Positions 38,910 to 48,665 of a stretch of 64,000 bases of DNA are shown piece by piece. The translations under genes and the position numbers were made by a program. Numbering within the stretch: position 1 is the first letter of the stretch; the number at the start of each line of letters is the position of its first letter. The notes beneath the pieces are model-generated. The model did not search any database and was not told the DNA's origin. It was given only the letters and a program-made list of their open reading frames with translations. Origin of the DNA: Verrucomicrobiota bacterium (GTDB lineage Bacteria; Verrucomicrobiota; Verrucomicrobiia; Methylacidiphilales; JBCBYL01); contig JBCDJI010000014.1 in the NCBI GenBank assembly GCA_038748025.1, forward strand, positions 3,539-67,538, written 5' to 3'.

Positions 38910-39965
38910 TTAAAAGGAGTAAGTAGCTCCAGAACGAAAAGTCACACTTTCCTGGTAGTTGTCATTGAAGACAACGTATTCGAGGCCGGTGAAGATTGCC
39001 CACTTTTGACATGGTATGAAATTGGCATCAAGAGAAACCTTGCCCCAGTGATTATCATCCGAGTTGATACCGGCCGGAGCCACGGTATTGAAGTTTTCAT
39101 GCACAATCTGATTCATCTGGTAGGCGACGGTCAGATCCAGCCAGTCAGTTGCGAACCAAGTCCCTGAAGTTTTCCAGAGAAACGTGCCTGAACTCTGATT
39201 AAAATCGTTGGTTACACCAGCTTGGCCTACAGGATCCCAGGTAGCATCCACGTAGACGTAAGACAGCGTTGATGCCAGTCCGAAGTCATCCCAGTTTTTG
39301 ACGGCACCTAAAAATACAGATGTGGAAACCGTATCAATGTCGAAATCTGCATTTGCAGCCCCGGAGGTTCTTTGATCAAGATCGCTTAAGGAGTAGGAGA
39401 GTGTGGTTCCGGCAAAGAGCCAGTCATTGAGCTGTTTGGATAGATACCAGGAAAGCTGAATCGTGTCGGTATCTGTGAGAATACGTCCTGTCGGAAGGTC
39501 ATCTGCGGTGCCATTGAAATTAGAGTAGGTGATCATCATCCCGGCAATGAAGTCGTAAATCGTCAGGAAATCAAAACCGACGTTGACATCATGCTGATCA
39601 CTATCCAAGCCGAATGCGCGCCGATCATTGGCGGTGCTGTAGCTGTAATCTGCAAAAACAGCAGGACTGTGAAACCATGAATTATCTTTGAGTGCTGCTT
39701 CAGGCGTATTGTACTCGGTTGATGAAGAGCTGGCACTGATGCGTTGATCCTGCGACATCGCTGCACGATCAGAAATTTTTGTTGAAGAGGTAGTAGATAC
39801 ATTGTTCGGATTTATAGGTGTGTTACCGCTAACGGCTCCGGAGTCACGTTTATCATCATCGGATTCGTTGCTCGGGGGGCTGGGACTGGGTGTAGGAAAA
39901 GCACCGGCAGGTGTCAGTAAACACGCCAGTAAGCAAACAACAAAAATATGACCCATTACTCTCAC
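38910..39965 (-). CDS. Putative outer-membrane beta-barrel protein (autotransporter-barrel-like) with a Ser/Pro-rich N-terminal region
   Basis: Signal peptide, alternating amphipathic beta-strand pattern, and a terminal aromatic residue (...RSGATYSF). It is a paralogue of 44328..45442. Confidence 0.55.
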   Translation of the reverse strand: MRVMGHIFVVCLLACLLTPAGAFPTPSPSPPSNESDDDKRDSGAVSGNTPINPNNVSTTSSTKISDRAAMSQDQRISASSSSTEYNTPEAALKDNSWFHSPAVFADYSYSTANDRRAFGLDSDQHDVNVGFDFLTIYDFIAGMMITYSNFNGTADDLPTGRILTDTDTIQLSWYLSKQLNDWLFAGTTLSYSLSDLDQRTSGAANADFDIDTVSTSVFLGAVKNWDDFGLASTLSYVYVDATWDPVGQAGVTNDFNQSSGTFLWKTSGTWFATDWLDLTVAYQMNQIVHENFNTVAPAGINSDDNHWGKVSLDANFIPCQKWAIFTGLEYVVFNDNYQESVTFRSGATYSF

Positions 39966-40067
39966 GCATGATTTGTTATCTTCTTAAAGCCTGCGTAGCA
40001 AGCCTAATATATCAGTAAATGGGTTAAGAGCCGTTGACCAATATCTATAATTAGGTATGAAGAATCT

Positions 40068-42446
40068 ATGTCGTTGGAATCCAAGTTCTTGCCGCTGGTC
40101 TTTTGCACCATGCTGGCACTACTTGCCTGGGGCTTGAGCAGCACCTCGGCGGTTCAGGTTTTTGAGGCAAAAGCGGTGGACCTGATGCAGCGCCTGGAAT
40201 ATCGGGTGAAGGGACCGCATGTTTCAGATGAGATTGTGATCATAGCCATTGATGATCGCTCGGTGGATCCGGAAAGTTCGTTGTTTTCCGATGTATGGGG
40301 CAAGGGAGGATGGGCGAATCGTGAGAACTGGGTATTCCATCTGCAGTTTCAAAAAGACTTCTTTGTGCCAAGAGTCATTGCGTTTGATATTTTGTTTGTG
40401 GCATCCAAGTTCAGGCCGCTTTCAGCTCGGGGAGAAGAGCTGGCCAGACAGTTTCAAATGAGATCGGCTAGCTTACCGAAACAAAAACTGTATGAAGTCG
40501 AGAGCTTCGGGAATGATGCTATGGCGAACTTATTTTGGGATATGGCGGATGAACGCATGTCCGGAAGTAAGGCTCCACGACCAATACTTTCTCTGGTCTT
40601 TCCGGAAGATGCAGTAACCCGTAAGAGATTGAAAGACAACTGGGATTGGGAGACAATGAACCGTTTTGCTTTTCCTGCAGGGGTGGTCATCTCACCTGAG
40701 AAAATTCTAAAATATGACTCGATCCAACTGCCGGTAGAACAGCTTTTGACAGCACCGGTCGGATTAGGGGCAATTAATACTCCTCGCGACCCTGGAGGGC
40801 TGGTGAGACGGGTGCCGTTGGTGTATCAGCTGGATTCGTCGGAAGGGAAACATGTCATGATTCCTTCATTATCCTTGATTTCATTTTTAGCCTATTTGGA
40901 TATTGAAATTCAGGACCTGAAACCACTGGGAGAAGGAGTACCGGCGATGCGTATCGAGCCGGGCCGAGAGTTTGTGCTAAATACCGGGGAGCAGCAATTT
41001 CGGGTACCCTTGGATGAAAAAGGAAAGCTGATGCTTCGGTTTCGTGCCCGATATCGGGATATGGATAAAGTGGGCTTTGCGGATATCACGGAGCGCGGAT
41101 TAATATTTGATGAGCATAGTGGTGCAACCATGGTGGAGCAGGCCCAAGCGGAAACTGAAATACGTCAATTCGTCACGGATCGGTTGGCCTTTATTGCGGT
41201 AGGTTATACCGGAGGAGCAGATATCGGAAGTTTCCCGCTGGAAGAAAATATACCCAATGTGATGGCACATGCGATGGCGGTTCAGAATCTATTGCAAAGC
41301 GATGGCATGATGCCTCCCAGCACGGAAAAGCGGGGTATCTCCTGCCTGTTAGTGGCCGGTATATTCTGGTTGATCTGGGAATGGTTACGGGCACGTGGCA
41401 AAAGTTATCTGCCAGTTCCATTTTTATTACTCATTTTATTGATTCCGGCATCCTGTTTTATGCTGTTTGTTCTGCATTCCTACATTATTGAATTTTTGGT
41501 TCCGACCAGTGTTGCCCTAATACTAACTACACTTCAGACGACCCACAGCTACGCTCTGGAGGCAAAACGGCGCAACGAATTAAAGAAGTATTTCTCTGCC
41601 GCGGTATCTCCGGATGTGCTGCAGATTATCGAAGAAAATCAGGGTAAAATCTCACTGGAAGGGGCACGAATGGAAGCAACGATCCTATTCTCTGATGTAG
41701 CTGGTTTTACGACCATCTCTGAGAGATTAGAGCCACAGGAACTGGCTAAGCTGCTGAATCGTTATCTGACACCGATGACCGATGTAATCCTGTCTACCGA
41801 CGGCTTTGTCGACAAGTACGAAGGAGATGCGATTATGGCAGAGTGGGGAGTTCCCATGGCAGATCCTGAACATGCCCGCAAAGCGTGCAAGGCGGCATTA
41901 ATGCAATTGCAGGCATTAGATATTCTGAATGCTCAGATTGAACAGGAAGCGGGAATCAGCCTGGCAGTCCGTATGGGTATCAATAGTGGTCAGGTTTCTG
42001 CCGGTAATATGGGTTCTGAAAAGCGAATTCAATACACCGTTATGGGAGATGCGGTAAATCTTGCAGCCAGACTGGAACCTGCAAATAAGGAATATGGATC
42101 GCGCATCATCATAGGAGAAAAGACGTATGCGGCACTTTCGGAAGGTGAATTTGCAACCCGACTGCTGGATAAAATTGTGGTTAAAGGAAAGACCAAGCCG
42201 ATTGATATCTATGAATTGATTTATCCAATCTCGCAGCATGGCCCCTGGGTGCAGGATTACGAAGCAGGACTACGTGCGATGTGGACATTGGACTGGGATC
42301 AAGCAGAAGCCTGTTTTAAATCCAGTCTGGAGGCACATCCACGTGATCTGGCTGCCAGGAACATGTTGCAACGGCTGCAAGTGTTGCGTGCCGACCCTCC
42401 GGCAAAGGGTTGGAACGGGGCATATATCAGAGCGTCCAAGGCTTGA
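40068..42446 (+). CDS. CHASE2 sensor-domain class III adenylate/guanylate cyclase (Lys in the KYEGD position suggests adenylate)
   Basis: N-terminal TM, a ~380-aa periplasmic region, then three TM helices. Cyclase motifs ATILFSDVAGFTTISE, DKYEGDAIMAEWG and GDAVNLAARLE. C-terminal TPR-like tail. Confidence 0.88.
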   Translation: MSLESKFLPLVFCTMLALLAWGLSSTSAVQVFEAKAVDLMQRLEYRVKGPHVSDEIVIIAIDDRSVDPESSLFSDVWGKGGWANRENWVFHLQFQKDFFVPRVIAFDILFVASKFRPLSARGEELARQFQMRSASLPKQKLYEVESFGNDAMANLFWDMADERMSGSKAPRPILSLVFPEDAVTRKRLKDNWDWETMNRFAFPAGVVISPEKILKYDSIQLPVEQLLTAPVGLGAINTPRDPGGLVRRVPLVYQLDSSEGKHVMIPSLSLISFLAYLDIEIQDLKPLGEGVPAMRIEPGREFVLNTGEQQFRVPLDEKGKLMLRFRARYRDMDKVGFADITERGLIFDEHSGATMVEQAQAETEIRQFVTDRLAFIAVGYTGGADIGSFPLEENIPNVMAHAMAVQNLLQSDGMMPPSTEKRGISCLLVAGIFWLIWEWLRARGKSYLPVPFLLLILLIPASCFMLFVLHSYIIEFLVPTSVALILTTLQTTHSYALEAKRRNELKKYFSAAVSPDVLQIIEENQGKISLEGARMEATILFSDVAGFTTISERLEPQELAKLLNRYLTPMTDVILSTDGFVDKYEGDAIMAEWGVPMADPEHARKACKAALMQLQALDILNAQIEQEAGISLAVRMGINSGQVSAGNMGSEKRIQYTVMGDAVNLAARLEPANKEYGSRIIIGEKTYAALSEGEFATRLLDKIVVKGKTKPIDIYELIYPISQHGPWVQDYEAGLRAMWTLDWDQAEACFKSSLEAHPRDLAARNMLQRLQVLRADPPAKGWNGAYIRASKA

Positions 42447-42502
42447 TTGGATGTTTCTTTGCATTTGATCCATGCTGATGGCAACGCTAGTATATAAGAA
42501 AT

Positions 42503-43471
42503 ATGAAAAAGTTATATAGTCCAGCTCTACTGCTGTTTCTTTCCCTCTCAGTAACTGCTCAAGAATTCTCGGTAGTTGATGGTTCCGGAGAAATTGGCAA
42601 GAGTCCTAAAGAGTATGTTCCAGCCAAACTTTCCCAGGTTTATCCTCTGGGATGGTGGGCGCGGACTCAGCAGAACCCGCTTAAAGTGGAGTTCAACCCG
42701 CAAAATATTTTCCGATTGCTTCCCCGCAGTGAAGTCCAGGTATCCGGAACTGGAGCTGCAAATAGTAAATTTCGGCGTATCATCAAGCTCAACGCGGGTC
42801 AAGTAGATCTGGAATTGAAAAATCTGCAGGGGAGCCGGGTAGAAGTGGAAACCCCTACTGCGATTTGCGGGGCTGTCGGCACGGCATTTACCGTCAACGC
42901 GGATCATGGACATTTTGCTATCCGGGAGGGTACGATCTTTGCAAATGCCAAAAAGGATTCAGGGTTTAAGGCGGAGCGGGTCAGTGGTGAATTCACGCTT
43001 GCTCCAGGCCCTGAAAATGCTTATTCCAAGATTAACGTGGCAGGAACTTTTTCAGTGAATGGTGCTAAAGTTTCCAATGGAAAAGTGCACGCTACATTAG
43101 CCAAGGCTCGCGGAGGAGAAGGGCAGGCCGCGTTACAACTGCACTCAGGCTCGTTAGGTGGCGTCAGCAGTGGCAGCTACTTGATGAACAAGGGAACATT
43201 AGAACCGGTGACGGATGCTGCGCTAAAGCAGACTCACAGCGAGTATCTGCAGGCAACAAAGTCGGAAGGGGAACTGAACCTGCAGAAGGAGGGGTTACTC
43301 ATGCGTCAACAAGTCGTGCCGGACAAACTGGAGCAGGATCTTCGAGCTGCAGCGAAGCGGGCTACGGAACTGCGCAAACAACTGTTCCTGCGTCGGGTGA
43401 TTCGTGATACAGCAAAGGAAAATGCGCGTGAAACCTTACGCCAGCAAAATCAACGTTCCTTGCGTCCCTGA
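42503..43471 (+). CDS. Secreted FecR-domain protein with a charged coiled-coil-like C-terminus
   Basis: Signal peptide MKKLYSPALLLFLSLSVTAQE and the FecR core VETPTAICGAVGTAFTV. Confidence 0.7.
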   Translation: MKKLYSPALLLFLSLSVTAQEFSVVDGSGEIGKSPKEYVPAKLSQVYPLGWWARTQQNPLKVEFNPQNIFRLLPRSEVQVSGTGAANSKFRRIIKLNAGQVDLELKNLQGSRVEVETPTAICGAVGTAFTVNADHGHFAIREGTIFANAKKDSGFKAERVSGEFTLAPGPENAYSKINVAGTFSVNGAKVSNGKVHATLAKARGGEGQAALQLHSGSLGGVSSGSYLMNKGTLEPVTDAALKQTHSEYLQATKSEGELNLQKEGLLMRQQVVPDKLEQDLRAAAKRATELRKQLFLRRVIRDTAKENARETLRQQNQRSLRP

Positions 43472-43507
43472 AGCAGCTTTTTCATTTCTTTTGCAGTGTT
43501 AGTTTTT

Positions 43508-44314
43508 ATGGTGGCCCAGAATAACTATTACAGGCCGCTGGTTTTGCTGGTATTACTAGCATTCACAAACGGACTCAACGGGACAGAATTGGAAGCGCAG
43601 TGCGTTACTGACCGGGCGGATTATTTCTCATTTGTGAACTGGGACTACCGGCACCGCAATGATCTCATTGGATGGAAGCATTCTACCCGGCTTATCCAGG
43701 CATCTCTAAAAGACTGGGGGTATTCTATGCAAGTGAGCCGGGCGGAAAATTCAAGTGTCGATGGCTTACAACAATTTCAGCAAAAGATTCTTTCACGCTC
43801 CTCATCCGGGCTGAAGCTGATCTATCTGGCAAGTCATCAGACACCATCCGGTCAGATTGAATTTCCTAATCAGACTAAAGCGTTTTGGTCGGAAGCTTTC
43901 GTGAATCATGGAATGCTGGCTGGTGATCCCAGTATATTGATACTGGATGTCTGCCATGCAGGGGTTATCCCGCAAGTCAGTATGAATGAAGGAATACCAT
44001 TTGATTATCTGCTGGCGGCATCTGCAGCAAACGAGGAAACGTACGAATTGCGTATGTTTGCCCGCCGACCAGTGGATTTCAGGCGCAGGTATCCGGCAGC
44101 AGTTGAATGGATGAAAGATCAACTCGGTTCCGAGTGGGAGGGTCAGGTAAGTTTTACCGGATTTTTCTGGGTGCGCCAGTTCTTGCAGTGGCCTCAACCT
44201 CCCCGATCTTCAGCCGAATGGAGAGAGTTTCTGCGCGGGATGGAACAGGAGGCTTCCTCGTTTACCAGCGAGCGGTCGCGTTATCTTTCGTCTACCTTGA
44301 AAGTGTGGGAATAG
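43508..44314 (+). CDS. Secreted caspase-fold (peptidase C14-like) protein
   Basis: Signal peptide. His context LKLIYLASHQTPSG (His codon 43835..43837). Cys context SILILDVCHAG (Cys codon 43952..43954), resembling the metacaspase D-x-C-H-S-G motif. This is followed by LLAASAANEETYE. An alternative GTG start lies at 43496. Confidence 0.5.
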   Translation: MVAQNNYYRPLVLLVLLAFTNGLNGTELEAQCVTDRADYFSFVNWDYRHRNDLIGWKHSTRLIQASLKDWGYSMQVSRAENSSVDGLQQFQQKILSRSSSGLKLIYLASHQTPSGQIEFPNQTKAFWSEAFVNHGMLAGDPSILILDVCHAGVIPQVSMNEGIPFDYLLAASAANEETYELRMFARRPVDFRRRYPAAVEWMKDQLGSEWEGQVSFTGFFWVRQFLQWPQPPRSSAEWREFLRGMEQEASSFTSERSRYLSSTLKVWE

Positions 44315-44327
44315 TGCATGGGAGGGC

Positions 44328-45442
44328 TTAGAAATGGCAGCTAAGTCCCAAGGTTCCGGTAATAGTCTCTTTGTAATTCCGGTTAAACAAGTCGTAATCC
44401 ACTCCGCCATAAATATTAAATGACTGACTTAGGATCCAGTTAATATCCAGACCAATAGTGCTCCAGTTATGGTCATGCTCGCCATTACTGGTACCCAGCG
44501 GCAGATAGTTATTGGTGTGAGCTACCTGCGTCAGCTGATGCGACAGCGAAAAATCTAACGTATCCGTCAGGAAATGGGTGCTCGCCACCAACCAGGTAAA
44601 GGTTCCGGTGCTACGCGCAAAAGAGGATGGTGCGGGAGGTGCTCCGGAATTGTCATTGGTTTTCCAGTAGCTTTCTGAATACACATAGGAGACAGTGGTC
44701 GAAACGGCATAAGTGTCAAAGGTATGGCTGAATCCAATAAACGTGGACGGTGAGAGCGTAAGGATATCTGTATCGGTTTCAGTAATTACTCCGGCAGTGG
44801 GAACTGCTAAACCAGCTTTGCTGGAGCTCGCTTTTGATATTGGCACTCCCTGCGGTAAAGGTGACACCGGCAAAAAAGTATTCGTTGATGGGACGGGCGA
44901 TGTAGATGGTGCCAAAGTGGGATTCAGTTTCTATATCCGTAATACCGCCTAATGCACCAGCTCCCAGATCATCAATTCTTCCATCGTTAAAAGTGGGAGA
45001 GTACATCAATCCTACAATGAATGCTGACTTGGTTTCAAAGTCGAACCCGGCTTGTACGGCGAATTGGTCGCTATCCATTCCAAACCGACGTCTGTCGTTG
45101 CTGGTCGTGTAAGAGGATTCCTGCAAAGACGACCGGATTCCGAAACCACTCAGATGCCAGATAAGTGCCTGTTGAGGATGCATGCACCAAACCCGAACTG
45201 CCTGCAGAGCGGCGAATTGGGGCGCTCATTCTCATGATTACCCGATCCTGAGACTGATCATTGGCCTGGCCGGGGGTAAAGCCAGGAGCACTTGGACTCT
45301 GGGTATTTGCCACGACTTTATCCTCAGTGATAGAAGAAGTCTGCTGCTGGGCGGGAAAAGCGTGAATAGTGTGTGCTGCAATTAAGTTAAAAAAAGTAAA
45401 AAGAATTGCATATATTTGCAAGTAAGTCACTTTCATAAACAA
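44328..45442 (-). pseudogene. Beta-barrel paralogue of 38910..39965, split over three reading frames
   Basis: Three overlapping minus-strand ORFs (45071..45442, 44779..45183, 44328..44915) align end to end with the intact paralogue (WFRNPVVFA / YTTSNDRRRFGMDSDQ / ...GLSCHF). Frame changes lie near 45121 and 44835. Confidence 0.65.
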
Positions 45443-45517
45443 TATGATACAAACGTACCTGCTAGATTAAATCAAATTTAGTCATGGCTATTTTCGTAAT
45501 TTTATTGCTAAGAGTTT

Positions 45518-46827
45518 ATGAGTGAGGCAGTGACTGTAATAGGGGCTGGCTTGGCGGGTTCCGAGGCGGCCTGGCAGGCTGCCGAGGCTGGTTGTGAGGT
45601 CGTCTTATACGAGATGCGCCCGAATAAGATGACACCAGCACATCGTTCTGCTTACTTCGGAGAATTGGTATGCAGTAATTCGTTTGGCTCGAAACTCCCT
45701 GATCGGGCAACGGGAATGCTTAAGGCGGAGATGGAAGCCTTAGGTTCCATTGTGGTAAAAATAGCGGAGGCTCATTCAGTGCCTGCCGGAGGTGCTCTGG
45801 CGGTAGATCGGGAAGGCTACGGTAATGCACTCACCCGCGTAATTGAGGAACACCCTAAGATTGAAGTAAGATATGCTGAAGCAGAAAGGCTTCCGGATAC
45901 AGGGATTGTTGTCGTCGCCAGTGGTCCGCTTACCAGTGAGAAACTGGCTGGTGAGATTCAGAAACTGACCGGAGAGGACTATCTGTATTTTTTTGATGCG
46001 TTATCACCGATTGTGGAAGCGGATAGTATCAATATGGATATCTGTTTTAGAGCATCAAGACATGGTGAGTCAGATGGCGCAGGTGACTATCTGAACTGTC
46101 CTATGGACCGGAATGAGTATCTGGCTTTTGTAGCGGCGCTGCAGGATGCTGAGCGTATTGAGCTCAAAGACTTTGAAAAGTCAGAGGATCTATTTTTTGA
46201 AGGTTGTCTGCCGATAGAGGTGATAGCGGAGCGCGGCGAAAAAGCTTTAGCCTACGGACCGATGCGACCTGTCGGTTTGGATGACCCCAGGACTGGGCGC
46301 TGGCCTTATGCAGTAGTGCAACTGCGACAAGACAATGCAGCCGGAAGTCTCTACAATCTGGTTGGGTTTCAGACCAATATCAAATGGGGTGAGCAGGAGC
46401 GTATACTACGGATGATACCCGGATTAAAAGATGCTGATTTTGTAAGGTTCGGACAGATGCATCGTAATACGTTTATCAATGCTCCAAGACTCTTGATGCC
46501 AACTATGGAAATGAAACAGCGCACAGGGCTTTTCTTTGCCGGGCAGATTGTTGGAGTAGAGGGCTATATGGGAAATGCGGCTTCCGGCTTATTGGCTGGA
46601 AAAAATGCTGCCGCACGGGTGAGAGGTGAAACGCTGCTTGAGTTGCCCCGGGAAACCATGCTGGGAGCACTAGCCTGGTATGTTAGCCACGCGGAAGTTG
46701 GACATTTCCAGCCCATGAAAGCTAATTTTGGGATCATGCCTTCATTGAATCCTCATGTCCGAAACAAACGTGCACGTTATCAGGCATACGTTCAGAGAGG
46801 CCAGGAGTTCTTAAAGTGCCATGTTTA

Positions 46828-46846
<19 letters not shown>
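45518..46846 (+). CDS. trmFO: Methylenetetrahydrofolate--tRNA-(uracil-5-)-methyltransferase TrmFO
   Basis: VIGAGLAGSEAAWQAA FAD motif with Gid/TrmFO-wide similarity. The last 19 nt overlap the antisense tRNA. Confidence 0.93.
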
Positions 46847-46899
<53 letters not shown>

Positions 46900-46956
46900 G
46901 AAAGGTCGGGATCATAATAACGCCTGAGGATCAGGAAAAGATCAAAATGACTCTTT

Positions 46957-47994
46957 TCACTGAATTTTTTTCAGTTTCTGCTCCAGATCACGTATTCGCT
47001 GGTAGAGTTCAGGCAGGCGCATCGTAAGTGCTTCGATTTTCATCGACTCTCTGATGGGTTTAGCCGGTCCACCCCGGTATACGCCTTTTTCAGGAATGTC
47101 TTTGGTAACGGCTGTCCAGGCGGTTAAGGTAACCTGATCCCCAACATTGACATGACCCACCACTGCAGACTGTCCGGCCATGGTAACATAGGCTCCCAGA
47201 TGGGAACTGCCGGAGATACCGCATTGGGCTACAATAATGGCTCTCGGTCCGATGGATACGTTATGAGCGACCATGACCAGATTATCTATCTTGGTGCCTT
47301 CTTTAATCCAGGTCTTACCGAAGCGACCGCGGTCGATAGTGCTGTTTGCTCCGATCTCTACATTATCATCAATTTGCACATACCCGACTTGAGGAATCTT
47401 TTGGTGTTCACCATGCTTAAACTCATATCCGAATCCACAAGAACCAATGACGACTCCGGATTGCAGGATCACATGAGAGCCGATACGGCTCCGTTCCCGA
47501 ATTGTAACGTTAGGATGAATCAGAGCATGAGATCCGATTACACTATCTTCACCCACAAAACATCCTGGAGCAAGATAGGTTGCATTGCCAATGCTGACTC
47601 CGGACTCAATCACACAACCTGCACCGATAAAGCAGTTGTCGGCAATGTTGGCTTTTGCGGATACAACGGCCGTGTTGTCAATACCTGCAGACCATGGCTT
47701 CTCAGCCGGAATGAAGTGTTCTACCAGCATACCGAATGCTGATGAAGGATCTTTAACTTGGATTGTTGCTCCCTTAAAGTCGCCGACCGCTACATCCTCA
47801 GCAACCAAAATCGCTCCAGCATTAGACTGACTGGCCTGCTTCTCATATTTTGGATGAGCTAAAAACGAAATTTCATTCGGATCAGCATTAGCGAGATCAT
47901 TGACCCCGGAGACACTGATTAGTGGATCGCCCGATAAGGTGCCCTGCACTCTTGATGCCACTTCCGCCAGTGTCAGCACGTTTTCTGAATTCAT
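46957..47994 (-). CDS. lpxD: UDP-3-O-acylglucosamine N-acyltransferase
   Basis: Left-handed beta-helix hexapeptide repeats and an LpxD N-terminal domain, in the lpxD-skp-bamA context. Confidence 0.93.
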   Translation of the reverse strand: MNSENVLTLAEVASRVQGTLSGDPLISVSGVNDLANADPNEISFLAHPKYEKQASQSNAGAILVAEDVAVGDFKGATIQVKDPSSAFGMLVEHFIPAEKPWSAGIDNTAVVSAKANIADNCFIGAGCVIESGVSIGNATYLAPGCFVGEDSVIGSHALIHPNVTIRERSRIGSHVILQSGVVIGSCGFGYEFKHGEHQKIPQVGYVQIDDNVEIGANSTIDRGRFGKTWIKEGTKIDNLVMVAHNVSIGPRAIIVAQCGISGSSHLGAYVTMAGQSAVVGHVNVGDQVTLTAWTAVTKDIPEKGVYRGGPAKPIRESMKIEALTMRLPELYQRIRDLEQKLKKIQ

Positions 47995-48053
47995 GCGAAA
48001 CAGTGAGAAACGGCTAGCGGCTGCCCAAGAGGAATGATGGTCCCTCTCAGGAG

Positions 48054-48623
48054 TTATTGAGCATTGAGCTTCTCAATCAGTTCATCGGTCAAATCCGTCA
48101 AACCTTCGGTATAGATGACTGTAGAGGTGCCATTCAGAGTCAAACCGGATTTATCCAGCACGATGGAATATTTCCCCTTTGCAAAGGAATTAACTTCAGC
48201 TTGGATTTCTTCGAGGATCTTATCACGCATACGTTTGGACTGATCCTGAAAAAGTTTCTGTGTGGTCTGGTCAAATTCACGGATTTCACGCTCGCGCTGA
48301 CGGGCTTCATTGACTTTTTCTTCCAGCGCTTTGTTCTTTTCACTGCGCGCATCTTCGCTTAACGAGGGATCCTGTGCCGCATCGCGCAGTCCTTTGATTT
48401 GCTCCACCAGTTTGCGGTAGTCTTCCATTCGTTCATCGCGCTCTTTTTTATAGCCGTTCATCTGCTCTTTCAGATTAGCATCGGCTTCCTGAGTCTTTTT
48501 GTAGTCTTTGAAGATTTTTTGCATTTCAACCACGGCGATCTTGAGTTCAGCACGTGCTTGGGCAGGGTGAAATAAGGCGACAGCCGTAATGGCCACCATA
48601 GAAATGGTAAGTAAATGTTTCAT
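48054..48623 (-). CDS. skp: Periplasmic chaperone OmpH/Skp
   Basis: Signal peptide plus a long charged coiled-coil body. It lies between bamA and lpxD. Confidence 0.85.
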   Translation of the reverse strand: MKHLLTISMVAITAVALFHPAQARAELKIAVVEMQKIFKDYKKTQEADANLKEQMNGYKKERDERMEDYRKLVEQIKGLRDAAQDPSLSEDARSEKNKALEEKVNEARQREREIREFDQTTQKLFQDQSKRMRDKILEEIQAEVNSFAKGKYSIVLDKSGLTLNGTSTVIYTEGLTDLTDELIEKLNAQ

Positions 48624-48665
48624 AAGTAATGCTCCTGTGTAACGGATATTCAGGATTGGACAACC

